Below, one piece after another: positions 38,321 through 48,810 of a stretch of DNA of 64,000 bases (its first letter is position 1; every line of letters begins with the position of its first letter). The notes below the pieces were generated by a model that saw only the letters and a list, made by a program, of their open reading frames with translations, ran no database searches and was not told the DNA's origin. Position numbers and translations under genes: made by a program. The stretch spans positions 645,541 to 709,540 of the forward strand of contig JAIVFI010000020.1 in the NCBI GenBank assembly GCA_025558095.1. Direction: 5' to 3'. The DNA comes from Hyaloraphidium curvatum SAG 235-1 (lineage: Eukaryota; Fungi; Monoblepharomycota).

Positions 38321-39898
38321 ATGCGCATCGCGGTGTTCCTCGCATCGCTCGCCCTGGCGGCAGCCCTGGCGTCCCCGGTCGCGGCGCAGAACGGGCTCGG
38401 CGCCGGCTGCTCCGCGTCGGGAGCGGCCGGCGGCTGCGGGTCGCTCTGCTGCATCAGCGGGCAGTGCGCCGCGTGGGGGCTCTGCTACCCCGGCGGCGGC
38501 ACAAACAACATGGCACCGACCGGCGCGCAGTGCATCGCGTCGGGCAGCGTGTCCAACTGCGCGAGGTGGGCTCCCGCGGAGATTCGGGCGCCCCAGGGTG
38601 GCGCTGACTCGGTCCCCCCTCCCCACGCACCCCATCGGCCGCCCAATTCAGCACCTGCTGCATCAACGGCGCCTGTGCTCCCTACTCTCAGTGCTTCGGC
38701 GGCTCCGGGGGGCCCGGCACGACCGGCCGCCCCGACGGCTCGGGCTGCGACGCGTCCGGGCCCGAGTGCGAGTCGACCTGCTGCCTGAACGGCGTGTGCT
38801 CCGACTACTCGGCCTGCTACGGCGGCGGGTCGTCGAGCGGCGGTCTCGGGGCGTCCTGCACGGTGGGTCACCGCGAGGGGGGCCATGCTCGGCCGTGGCT
38901 GATCATCGCCGCCCTGCTTGCAATTCCAGGCCTCGACGACGGCCCAGTGCCAATCCGGATGCTGCTTCAACGGCGCCTGCGCCGCGTCGGCCACCTGCTT
39001 CGGCGGCGGCGGCGGCGGCGGCGGCGGGGGCGGCTCGTCCCCCGGCGGCATCGGCGCCTCGTGCACCGCCTCGACCACGGCCCAGTGCCAGTCCGGATGC
39101 TGCTTCAACGGTGCCTGTGCCGCGGGGTCGACCTGCTTCGGCGGGGGCGGCGGCGGCGGTGGCGGTGGTGGCGGCGGCGGTTACGTCGCGCCCGGGTCTT
39201 GCTCGGCTCCCAACAACGTCGTCCGCCTCTTCTCGTCGACCGAATGGTGGGTTCTCCCTATCTGCCGCAGCCGCATCGTGCCTGAACGTCGTCCCCCCCG
39301 CTTTGTACGCAGGTGCCTCATGCTCCCCCTCAACGCCCAGCCCATCTCCAACAACGAGCAGGCCGCGGCCGTGCAATGCTCCGCCGGCTACATGCAGGCC
39401 TGCGGCTACCCCTCCCAGCTGACCCAGGCCCCGGGCAACCTCCTCAACTCGGCGTGCTTCGAGTCGGGGGGCGACGGCAACGGCAACTCGTGGGTGCAGA
39501 TGGCCGGCTCGCTCAACGGCGGCGCGTCGGTGTTTGCCCCAGGGGACTCGGGGGGGCAGTACGACTCGGACGGCATGCCGGACCCGAGCGACCCCAGCTT
39601 CAGGGGGTCGCCGAGCGGCGGGTCGTGCTACGGGTGGGACGACTACGTGGAGCTGCTCGGGCCCGAGGAGGGCGATTACTGGTATGTCCGACGTCGAACG
39701 CCTGGTTGCGGGGCATGCTGACGTTCCTTCCCGGGGTCGCCAGCATCCGGTGCTGCTCGGGGCCGGCCACGGACACCTACTGCGACTGGACCAACAGCGG
39801 GCAATCGTGCAGCTTCGTCTTTCCAGGCATTAAGTGGGCACTTTTTGCGCCGTTTCCGTCGGACGCCGCTGACTATTATTGCCTCCAGCATGTGCTGA
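38321..39898 (+). CDS. Secreted protein with Cys-rich repeats, Gly linkers and a C-terminal MP88-like domain
   Basis: Signal peptide; ~5 CxSxCCxNGxC units; WVQMAG..GDSGGQYDSDG..GSPSGGSCYGWDDYVE..IRCC; several introns. Confidence 0.75.
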
Positions 39899-40125
39899 TG
39901 CGCACAGGAGCGCGCTCCTTTCCCTCGGGGCGACAATGCGTGCAGCAGTACTAGACTTATTTGGATCGCAAAAGGTACTAGAGGGTGTGTTGGGATCGGT
40001 TTTCTTTCGTCCGTGTCCCCCGACAGCTCCCAGTAAGATGGGCGGCGGGACCGAATCATGGGCTTTGCCCCTGCAAAAGTGGCCAATCGAGTTGCGATAC
40101 ATTATTGCCGAGAAAGCCCGTCGCT

Positions 40126-41490
40126 CTAGCGCAGCATCTCGATCCACGTGCGGAACATGATGTCCTGCGCGATCTCGGGTGTGAGCCCGCCGATCGACCT
40201 CCTCCCGATCCAGCGCTTCCACCCCGCTACCTCGAGCACATCGTCCATCAGGCCCCCGTACCTGCGGTCCCCGGCAGCGTCCCGCACCGCGCGCAGGAGG
40301 TGTCCCGGCCCGCGGGCCCCGTGGTACAGCAGGAGGAGCACGAAGCTGCGCCGGCCCGAGATCGGGCCCCCGCCCTCCTGCACGGCGTCGACGACGGCCG
40401 CCAGGTTGTTGGTGCCGGCGGCAGCGCCTCCGATCGCCGAAGAGATGCGGCCCAGGATCAGCCGGAGGCAGAGGAAGAGGTCGATCCGGGCTCGCGGGCA
40501 GTGGCATTCCCGGAGGTAGCTGGCGCAGGCGCCATCGAACGTGAGGTAGACAGAAAGCAGGTCCAAGTCGGCGCGGACGGTGCCCGAGTCCAGCAGGATG
40601 CGGAGCACGCCCGGGTGTCGCCACCGCGAAAGGGCTTCCTGCTTCGCCCACGCCGCGATTTCCGCCCGAGCTGCGGCATCGTCCCGGAAGAAGTCGCGGA
40701 GCATGCGTAGGAACAAACGGGCGTCGACGAAGGGCTGCCAGGTGTGTGTCCCTGCTCTGCTCGACGAATTCGCGCCACGTGCTCGACGTAGGCCCGTATC
40801 CGAAGCGAACGAGTTCATCATAGACGACTTTCGACTGCCCGAAATGAACCAGCATGATTGTGCCCCACAAATTCTTCTGATCGTCAACGGTAGATATCCA
40901 GGGAAGAGACGGAAGAGACGGTCGAGCAGGGCTCGAAAACAGCGCCTCGACGCGTCCTCCGTGCCGGAATCGACGCAGACCACCCGGCCATCTTCGTTGT
41001 CGCGTCGGTTCATCTCCTCATGTTCGACAAGTCGTTCGATCCAACGTTTGGCCTCTTCGCGGTCCGCCAGGCTGCCTTCCAATCAAAGTCGGCGTCGAAC
41101 ACCTCGCTCGCCAGCAGGCCCTCGGCATTCTACGGCATCCATGCGACCGTTCGATCCGCGAACCAGTAGAGAGCGCAGTCGAAAGCCCAGTACAGCGGAA
41201 ACGGGCCGACCAGTTCCTGCCACGCCGCGAGGAAGCCGACGTGGTTGCCGGCGGCCGCGAGGTCCGTCGGAGCATACCCGTCGCCCCCGTCGAGGCAGCA
41301 CGGTATCCAGTGGCCTGAGTCCACGAAGCGGGCTGCCTGCAGCTGCTCGAGCACCGCGTCGCTGTCGTGCGCGCCCGGGGCCGGCACCAGCCCACGCAGC
41401 AGGTCCACTTTGCCGGCCGCCGCGGCGACACAGACGGGCGGTGCGGAGGGAGCGCGCAGAACGCGGTGGACGTGGTGTTTCCCGAACATG
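40126..41490 (-). pseudogene. Probably disrupted ankyrin-repeat-like gene
   Basis: PVCVAAAAGKVDLL and APTDLAAAGNHVGFL ankyrin-like segments; in-frame stop at ~41130; protein-like sequence switches frame without clear introns. Confidence 0.4.
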
Positions 41491-41698
41491 GGTTCGGCCG
41501 ACTGGCGTCGAGTTGTCGGAAAGAGAGCCGGCGGTCGCACTGATGCGCGGTTCGATGGGGCTCCTGTCCCCGAGGGGAAAACCGGAACTTCAAAGGCCGG
41601 ATCGAACACCGCGCGAAACACGAGCAGGAATGTTGTACACGCAGCGAAACATCAGCACCCGCGGCGGCAGCCGCTGTCTATCTACTTCTTCACCACGC

Positions 41699-43746
41699 CT
41701 AAACGTTGCGGAGCTGCTCTTCCACCTGAGCGGCCTCCTTCTTGAGCTCCTCCTCCGCCATCTCGGGGAAAGCCTTGCCGGAGTGGAGGCCTGCCATAGA
41801 TGCCCGCCGCGTCAGACCCCGACCCGGTCCGATCAGCATCGGGCGCGCACGCACCTTCGTCCATCAGCAGGGGGTCGTCGCCGCCTAGCTCTTCGAGGGT
41901 CTTGCCCTTGGTTTCCGGGACGAGGTACGTGAAGACGCCGCCCAAGGCCATGCACGCGGTGAAGATCCAGAGAAGGTTGGGCATCCACGCGTTCTTGCCG
42001 CCGATGTTGGCGAGCAGCGAGAAGCACTGCGCGGCGAGGATGGCGCCAAGCTTGCCCGAGGCCGCCGAGATGCCGTGGCAGGTGGAGCGCACGCGGGTGG
42101 GGAAGCACTCGGCGGGGATGATGAAGGTCGTCGAGTTGGCTGTACGACGGGGAGCGAGACGTCAGCAAGCGCACGAGGAGGAGGCCGGCAGCCAACCCAC
42201 GTCCAAAGTTGAAGAAGAACTGCGCGAACGCGTACACCATCACGAACGCCCACGTGGCGTTGGCCTTCATCTGGTAGTACGCCCCCGCGAGGATCGCAAA
42301 GCACACGACGAGCATCCCGAATCCCATGTACTGGATCGGCTTGCGGCCCCAGCGGTCGACGAATGCCACGGTGAACCAGTACCCGGGCACGTTGCCGGCG
42401 AGCGCGATGATGCAAGAGCCGACGGCGCGGGACCACACGTCGTTGAAGGGCGTCGACGAGTCGGCGAAGCCGATTGCCGAGAGCACGACCGAGGTGTTGA
42501 GGTTGGTGCCGTAGAAACCAATGTCGAGCAGGAACCAGGTCATGGAGGTGCCGAGCAGGGTCATCCAGTTCTGGCGGATCGAGAGGTACTCGCGCAGCTC
42601 GCCAAAGTACTTGTACTGCGGGCGCCGGCGGTAGTCAACCTTCTCCTCAACGATGACCGACATGCGGCGTCCGCCTTGCTGGACCGTGACCTCTTTGCCG
42701 GCATCCGCGCTCTCGCCGAGGAAGCGCTTGGCGTCGTCGGCGGCGGTCTTCTCGTCGCCGAGCACGTCGGCGGAGAAGCGCGGGGTCTCGGGGATGGTGA
42801 GCCGGAAGTAGATGGCGGCCGAGCAGGGGACGATGCCGAAGGCGGCGAGGATGCGCCAGCAAACGTCCATGTAGGCCAGGTTCTCGTTGATGTTGTTCTT
42901 TGCTGCTGCGAGGGTGATGACGGCGACGATGGAACCGAGGAGAATTCCGAAGCCCTGCATGGCGAACACGGTGGCGATCATGGCGCCACGGCGCTGCACC
43001 GAGGCAAACTCCGAGGTGATGACTGCCGAGACCGGGTAGTCGCCGCCGACGCCGACGCCGAGGACGAAGCGCCACCAGGCGAGGATGACGAGGAACGCGG
43101 TAAAGCCGCCCGAGGCGGTGGTGCCGACCATGGCCGTGCACAGGGCACCGAGGACGAGGATCATGAGCTCGACGCCGTAGACCTTCTTGCGGCCGAGCAC
43201 GTCGCCGAGCATGCCGAAGCCGAGCTGGCCGACGAGGTTGCCGTACGACGAGGCGGCCTTGACGAAGCCGTCGGCGACGCTCGACAGGGCGCCGCCGGAC
43301 GAGGGGCCGAGGTACGAGTAGGCGATCATCGGCACCTGGGGGACATGGGATGCGCGATCAGACCCTCGTAGGGCCGAATCGCATCGCACGGGGGCCGCCC
43401 ACCATCAAGCCGATGACGAAGTTGTCGTACGAGTCCGTCAGAAAGCTGTTCAGGGAGGTGGCGCCGTCAGCGGTGGCTCAGGCGCCGGTCCGGCCAACCC
43501 ACCCCGTGCCCGCGACGACGATGGCGCGAATGTGGGCCTTGGTAAACACGGCCTGGTCGAGTTCCTGCATGCAGGGGGTCGGCGGGGCGCGCAGCGGTGC
43601 CAGAAAGCGGTCCCCACCTTGAAGGCCTCCCTCACGCCGACGGCGTCCTGCAGCTTCTCACCTTCGAGCGGCTGCGGCACCACCGGCGCCGCGGGCGCGG
43701 CGGCGGCCTTGGGGATGTTCATCTGCATGGCGGGCGGGGCGGCCAT
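41699..43746 (-). CDS. PHO84: MFS phosphate:H+ symporter, copy 1
   Basis: FLTDSYDNF, GDVLGRKKVYG, GVGGDYPVSA, RRGAMIATVFAMQG, IPETPRF, PGYWF, GRKPIQ, RSTCHGISAASGK; 5 introns. Confidence 0.95.
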
Positions 43747-43850
43747 TGCGGTGCAGGGGGTTTTCGGTGGAGCTGGAGTTTTTGGAGGTGGCCGTCCGGG
43801 TCCGGCGGATTCAGGATTTGGTTTTGCCTGAGGGACGAGTTTTGGAGCGG

Positions 43851-43858
43851 CCACGTGC
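43851..43858. promoter_or_regulatory. Pho4-type E-box CCACGTGC (second copy at 44168-44175)
   Basis: ~105 bp and ~420 bp upstream of the PHO84 copy 1 ATG. Confidence 0.55.
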
Positions 43859-44223
43859 GGGCTGGTGCGCAGAAGCCGCCGCGTGGACCGTGGTAGGCTC
43901 AAACGGAGGCAAAACCTGATGAATGGTGGGACTTTATGCTGGGCCCGACGTGCTTTGTGTCTGGATCCTCTGCGTCTCGTCCCTGAGCGACGCTGCGTCG
44001 TTGGTCCCAAGCCCTCATGAATCTCATCGGGATTCCGGCCGCATCCGCAGCGAGCCGCACTACTCAACGATGGCAGCCAGCTGCGCCGGGCAACGACCGC
44101 TCCGCGGGCTCGCATCAAAACATCCGGCATCTAGCATTATAGACCATATATCCACCTGCCCCACTGCGCACGTGGATGGCGTGTCCCCGCACACCACTGG
44201 CCTCGGCCCCTCCCCGTACCCAA

Positions 44224-45376
44224 TCACTGCGGCGCCTTGAAATCCGGGATCGGCTTCTTGATCTTCCCCATAGCCTGGAGCTCCGCGTTCTCCGCCGTCG
44301 CCCTGGCCTTGCTCTCCGCCGCCAGCCGGTCCACCAGCGCCCTCCGCCCCTCCAGCTCCCTCTCCGCCTCGGCCTTGGCCTCGGAGGTCTTGCTCCGCTT
44401 CAGTGCCATCCCGGCGTCCGGAATCCCCGGGTCGGCGTACGGAACGGCGCCGGAGCGGCGGGACAGCTCGTCGGCCAGCTGCCGCTCGGCGGCGAGGCGG
44501 GCCTCGGCGTCGGCGAGTGCCTGCGAGGTCTTGGAGCGTTCCAGGGCGGTCTTGGCGTCGGTGCCCGTGCGCGCGAGGTCGGGGTGCGCCGTAGTTGCGG
44601 ATACCTGGGCGGATGAGGAGGAGGAGGAGGCGGCGGCTGCGTGGGCGCCGATCGCCGAGGAGGCACCGGGGGCGGCCGCGGTACCCGTGCTACCGGCCGA
44701 CCCGCCGGCGCCGACGGATGGCACCCCCGCCTGCACTTGCGTCACGAGGAGCGTCGTCCCTCCGGGCGCATCCCTGCCCAGCATCCTCTTCGCCGAGACG
44801 AAGGTGATCGCGGGGCTCCCCACCTCTTCCGCGCCCTCGGGCCGGGCGAGCGGGAACGTCGCGGGGAGCTTCTCCAGCTGCGCGAGGGATACCTCGGCGA
44901 AGCCTAGCATGGGGGCGGTCAGGGTCCGCGGCCCGCGGTGCGGGCGGTGCCCACCGATGTAGTCGTCCGTGCGCGACCCCAGGTCCTTGTCGATCACCTC
45001 CACGAGGAACCTTGCCTGCGGGTCGGCACCGGCCAGCCTGCTCGTGCCGAGCACCATGGGCGGGAACGCCAGTGCGGACCCGCCGGCAACGGGCGCCGTG
45101 ACGAACTGCTGGACCCATCCGCCGCCCTCCTTGGCCCGCGACAGGCGGAGGTACGCGTCCGCGCCGCCGGCCATGTCGGCGTCGGGTAGCCCGCTGCGAT
45201 CCGTCAGCCCCGCGGGTGGGAGAAATCCCCGGCGCGCCGACGCACCTGCAGCGCGCCTCGAGCACAACGACCTCCTCGTCGGGGCCGAAACCTCCGGCAC
45301 CGGCCAGGTTCAGCTCATCGTTGGTCCTAGAGCCGCTCAACGACGCAAGCAGCGCGGAGGTGGTGCTGGTGGACAT
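44224..45376 (-). CDS. C2-domain (copine-like) protein with C-terminal coiled coil
   Basis: GLPDADMAGGADAYLRL, FLVEVIDKDLGSRTDDYIG (Ca-binding Asp pattern); 2 introns; repeated ALERSKTS/ALKRSKTS unit. Confidence 0.75.
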
Positions 45377-45529
45377 GATGGCGCCTGTCCTGGCGGAGCG
45401 CGGATCGGCGAGAGGGAAGGCAGGGTCCGGCCACGTGGACCCCATCAGCCCCGCGGATGCGCGCCTCCCGGGACGCAGTCCCGATCGGGATCGGGAAACC
45501 GAGGCGGCGTTGGCGTCCGCGTACAGGTG

Positions 45530-46498
45530 CTACGCGGAGGCATCCGCATGCGGGGAGGGCGGCGCGCCGCCGCCCGGGGGCCCGATGCTGCGTTGTCCCG
45601 GTCCCCCCTCGACCGCCGTGCCCGCCCAGCCTTCCTTCGCCAGCTCGCCGAGCGCCTCCCATCCCGCCCTCGCCCTTCCAACGGCCCAGCTGGTTCCGTG
45701 GGACAGCATCCCCACCGCGCCGGCTTCGGCCGCCGAGGGCTTGCCCAGGGAGGACAGGGCGCGGTCGGCGCACCACGCGCCTGCGAGCCAGAGCAGCAGG
45801 CAGAGGTCAATGAGCAGCACGGTGCCGCGGAGGCCCTCCGAGCGCGAGAGGGAGAGCAGGAAGGAAGCCAGGAGGAGCGCGGCGGGCAGGAGCTGCCGTC
45901 TCGCGGGGGTCAGGACGTCGGAAGCTCCGGATGGGCCCGCCGCGCCGTAGTCGAGGAGCAGGTGCCCGGCAGCGTTGGCCGCCAGCGCGGCCTGCGGTCT
46001 CCAGAGCAGTCCCATGGGGTCCTCGGCGATCAGCTGGATGGGGTGCAGCGCCAGCTCCAGGGGCAGGTGCGGGCGGTGGAGCAGGGGCGGCAGGGCGAGC
46101 AGCACGCACGGCAGGAGAAAGACGAGGGTCGTCCGCCATCGCCTCGACTCGGCGGCGAGAAGCAGCGCGGCGTGGGTGCCCGCCAGCGCGGCGCCGCCGA
46201 GGTTGTCCGCGAACGCCGAGTGCGCGTCCGCCAGCTTCCCCATCGATCCGCCTACCAATCCAACCGAGGCCGACAAATCCACCGTGGCGTCCCGGATGAT
46301 TTTCCCGGTGCTCTGCGCCGCCTCCGTGAGCCTGGCGCCTCCCGCATCCACCGCCCGCGCGACCTCGCCCGCCGCGCCGCCCACCGCCCGCGCCACGCCC
46401 TCGGCCGCCCGCTCGGCCCTCTGCGCGGCCTCCCCCGCCCCGGCACGGGCAATCTGCGCCGCCTCGACCCCCGCCTGGCGTCCCAATGACGAGAACAT
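45530..46498 (-). CDS. Hypothetical membrane protein
   Basis: Ala-rich amphipathic N-terminus followed by several hydrophobic segments; start and end uncertain. Confidence 0.45.
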   Translation of the reverse strand: MFSSLGRQAGVEAAQIARAGAGEAAQRAERAAEGVARAVGGAAGEVARAVDAGGARLTEAAQSTGKIIRDATVDLSASVGLVGGSMGKLADAHSAFADNLGGAALAGTHAALLLAAESRRWRTTLVFLLPCVLLALPPLLHRPHLPLELALHPIQLIAEDPMGLLWRPQAALAANAAGHLLLDYGAAGPSGASDVLTPARRQLLPAALLLASFLLSLSRSEGLRGTVLLIDLCLLLWLAGAWCADRALSSLGKPSAAEAGAVGMLSHGTSWAVGRARAGWEALGELAKEGWAGTAVEGGPGQRSIGPPGGGAPPSPHADASA

Positions 46499-46556
46499 TG
46501 GGGCGTTGCGCGGCCTCTCAGAGCTCAGCAACCCCGCCTCGAACCCCGCCTCGCAA

Positions 46557-47780
46557 ATGTCCGGCGCCGCGTCCCCGGGGCTGCTGGCCCTGCTGCTGCT
46601 GGCGGGGCTGGCTTTCAGGGCGTTGCTGACCTACGATGCCCAGCTGGGCGTGGCCGCCACCCTGGCGAGGGCGGGAGGCGTGCCCGAGGCGGTCGTCCTG
46701 AGGGCGGCCTGGCTCGCGTGGGGGGCCGCGTGTGCCGCTGGAGGCTACTTGTTCGCCGTCCATCAATTGACTGGGGGCGTTGGACGTGTCGGTGGGGGGC
46801 GCATCGGGGGTTCGGACAGGCTGGCGGTGCAGGAAGCGGATCCCGTTCCCGGGTCGGCGCCTGGTCCCGCAGCACCCCTGGGGGAGACCGAGCGGGCGGA
46901 TTTGCCTCCGGCACGCCCCACCGGGGCACCGCTCCCGCCAGACACCCTCGCCGAGTTCGACCCGCTCCTCGCTGGGCCCGCAACCGCATCTCCCCAGCCT
47001 GGCCCCGGGAATCACGAACCTGATTCTCCCCTGGCCGGCGTGCCGGACCCGCTGTCGCCCTCGCCGACCTCGCTCCTGGACGCGCCGAACGTGTTTGCCC
47101 GGCCGGCACCGGTGTTTTTCTCGGGTGCGTCGCCAGTGGCCGGGTCGAAGGCCGCCCAGCCGGAAGCGGAGCAGGTCGGCGGGTCGGCGGGCGATCCGGG
47201 ACAGCCCTCGGCTCCCAAACCCATGGACCCGCCACCTCCCGCCTCCCAGCGCCGACCGACGCCTCCCTTGCCCGCACCCATGGCCGTCTTACCCCCATCC
47301 GCACCGCCGCGGCCCCCGCCCGTCAACCCTCCCCCCTCCGAATCCCGCCCCTCCAACCGCCCGCCCTCCCCTTCCCCTCCTTTCGTACCCGCCTCCCCGC
47401 ACCCCGTCCTCCTGCTCTCCCCCCACGGCACCCTCCTCCGCGCCCTGCCGGACGGCACCCTTGCGCACCTCCCCGGCGCCACCGCCGCCTCGACCTTCTC
47501 CGAGCTCGTTCCCCTCCCCAACTCCAGCAGCACCACCACCGGGGCAGCGGGCCCGTCCGACATGCGCGTGGCCTTCGGCACCGCCTACGGCACCTTCGTC
47601 TCCGCCTCGGGCCACTCGGAAACCCGCGAGACCTGGACGCGGGTCCCCGGCGAGGGTGGCAGGCAGGCCTTCCGCTCCGGCGCCGGGAAGTTCCTGGCCG
47701 CCCTGCCGGGGGGCAAGGTCGGCTGCGTGGATCGCTGGGAGGACGCGGCGGGGTGGGAGGTGCGCGTCGCGGGGGCGTGA
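46557..47780 (+). CDS. Membrane-anchored protein with Pro-rich linker and fascin-like beta-trefoil
   Basis: Two N-terminal hydrophobic helices; three repeats LLSPHGTLLRALPDG / VAFGTAYGTFVSA / QAFRSGAGKFLAALPGG. Confidence 0.65.
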   Translation: MSGAASPGLLALLLLAGLAFRALLTYDAQLGVAATLARAGGVPEAVVLRAAWLAWGAACAAGGYLFAVHQLTGGVGRVGGGRIGGSDRLAVQEADPVPGSAPGPAAPLGETERADLPPARPTGAPLPPDTLAEFDPLLAGPATASPQPGPGNHEPDSPLAGVPDPLSPSPTSLLDAPNVFARPAPVFFSGASPVAGSKAAQPEAEQVGGSAGDPGQPSAPKPMDPPPPASQRRPTPPLPAPMAVLPPSAPPRPPPVNPPPSESRPSNRPPSPSPPFVPASPHPVLLLSPHGTLLRALPDGTLAHLPGATAASTFSELVPLPNSSSTTTGAAGPSDMRVAFGTAYGTFVSASGHSETRETWTRVPGEGGRQAFRSGAGKFLAALPGGKVGCVDRWEDAAGWEVRVAGA

Positions 47781-48688
47781 CGGGACGTCGCGGCGCTGTA
47801 GCGCGCGGGATCGGGAGCACGGTCGTGAACACCGTGCCGTTCCGTCGTCCGCCGTCCGGGAGCGTCCGTGCGCCCGACGACCGGTTCGTCAAGTTGTGAG
47901 GTTGGCGATCCGCCGACGTGGTCCGGTCGGGCGGATGCGCATCGTCGGAGCGAGATTGTCCCCCCAACCACCGCGATCGGCCGCCGGCACGCCCACTCCC
48001 AGACATCCCGGCGCATTCCGACGATCGGGACGTCCGCCCCGCCAGCTCCGCACCCGGACGGAACGACCACGTGCGCGCACCAGCCGACCTTCCGCGGCCC
48101 CGCCATCCCACCCCTTTATCCCGCACACCTCCTTGCGCGCCTCCATGCCGAGCACCGGGAGACCGACACGGCAGAGCAGGCGGGCAAGGCGGGGGACGTT
48201 CCGCACGGGGGCGCCGGCGTGGCACGGGGCGAGGCGCCGCGGCGATCCCCGAGCGCGCCGGGGAGCATCTATTGGGTGCGACCAGCCGGAGACGACACCC
48301 CCAGGTCTTCCGGCACAGCGTGCCGGGCATACCGGCGGAATGTCGCCGTACGTTGGCCTGCGGCCGGTGGCCACGCCGGGGTTGTCGGCAGGGGCGGCGG
48401 GCGCCGGTCGCGACGGCCGGACGCGGACGCTGCCTCATGAGCACAACCCCGTTAAGGCTCGGATGCCAAACAAGGAGGATGCTTGACTTGAACGGTTTCT
48501 GGAGCGCAGCTTGGTGGCAGCCGGACGCGACGGTGAGGCGTCGGGCTGGCCTGGAGCGGCGCCGCACCAGCCCACCGGCCCAGCCCGACGCCACACCACT
48601 GTCCAGCATCCTCTGGAACCCTAGACTGCCTCTCCCGGGCGTTCCTGGGCGGTTGGGAGCTGCTGGGCGGTTCACCAGCCCTAGTTGC

Positions 48689-48696
48689 GCACGTGG
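48689..48696. promoter_or_regulatory. Pho4-type E-box GCACGTGG (second copy at 48067-48074)
   Basis: ~120 bp and ~740 bp upstream of the PHO84 copy 2 ATG. Confidence 0.55.
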
Positions 48697-48810
48697 ACCC
48701 GGCGTGGCGGGCTGGTTTCTTTCGGGCAGGCGGAGCCTATTCCACCTCCAAAACCAACCGAACCCGAACCCGACGCAACGCCAGCGTCCCTCAATCCCTC
48801 TCCTTCCGCG

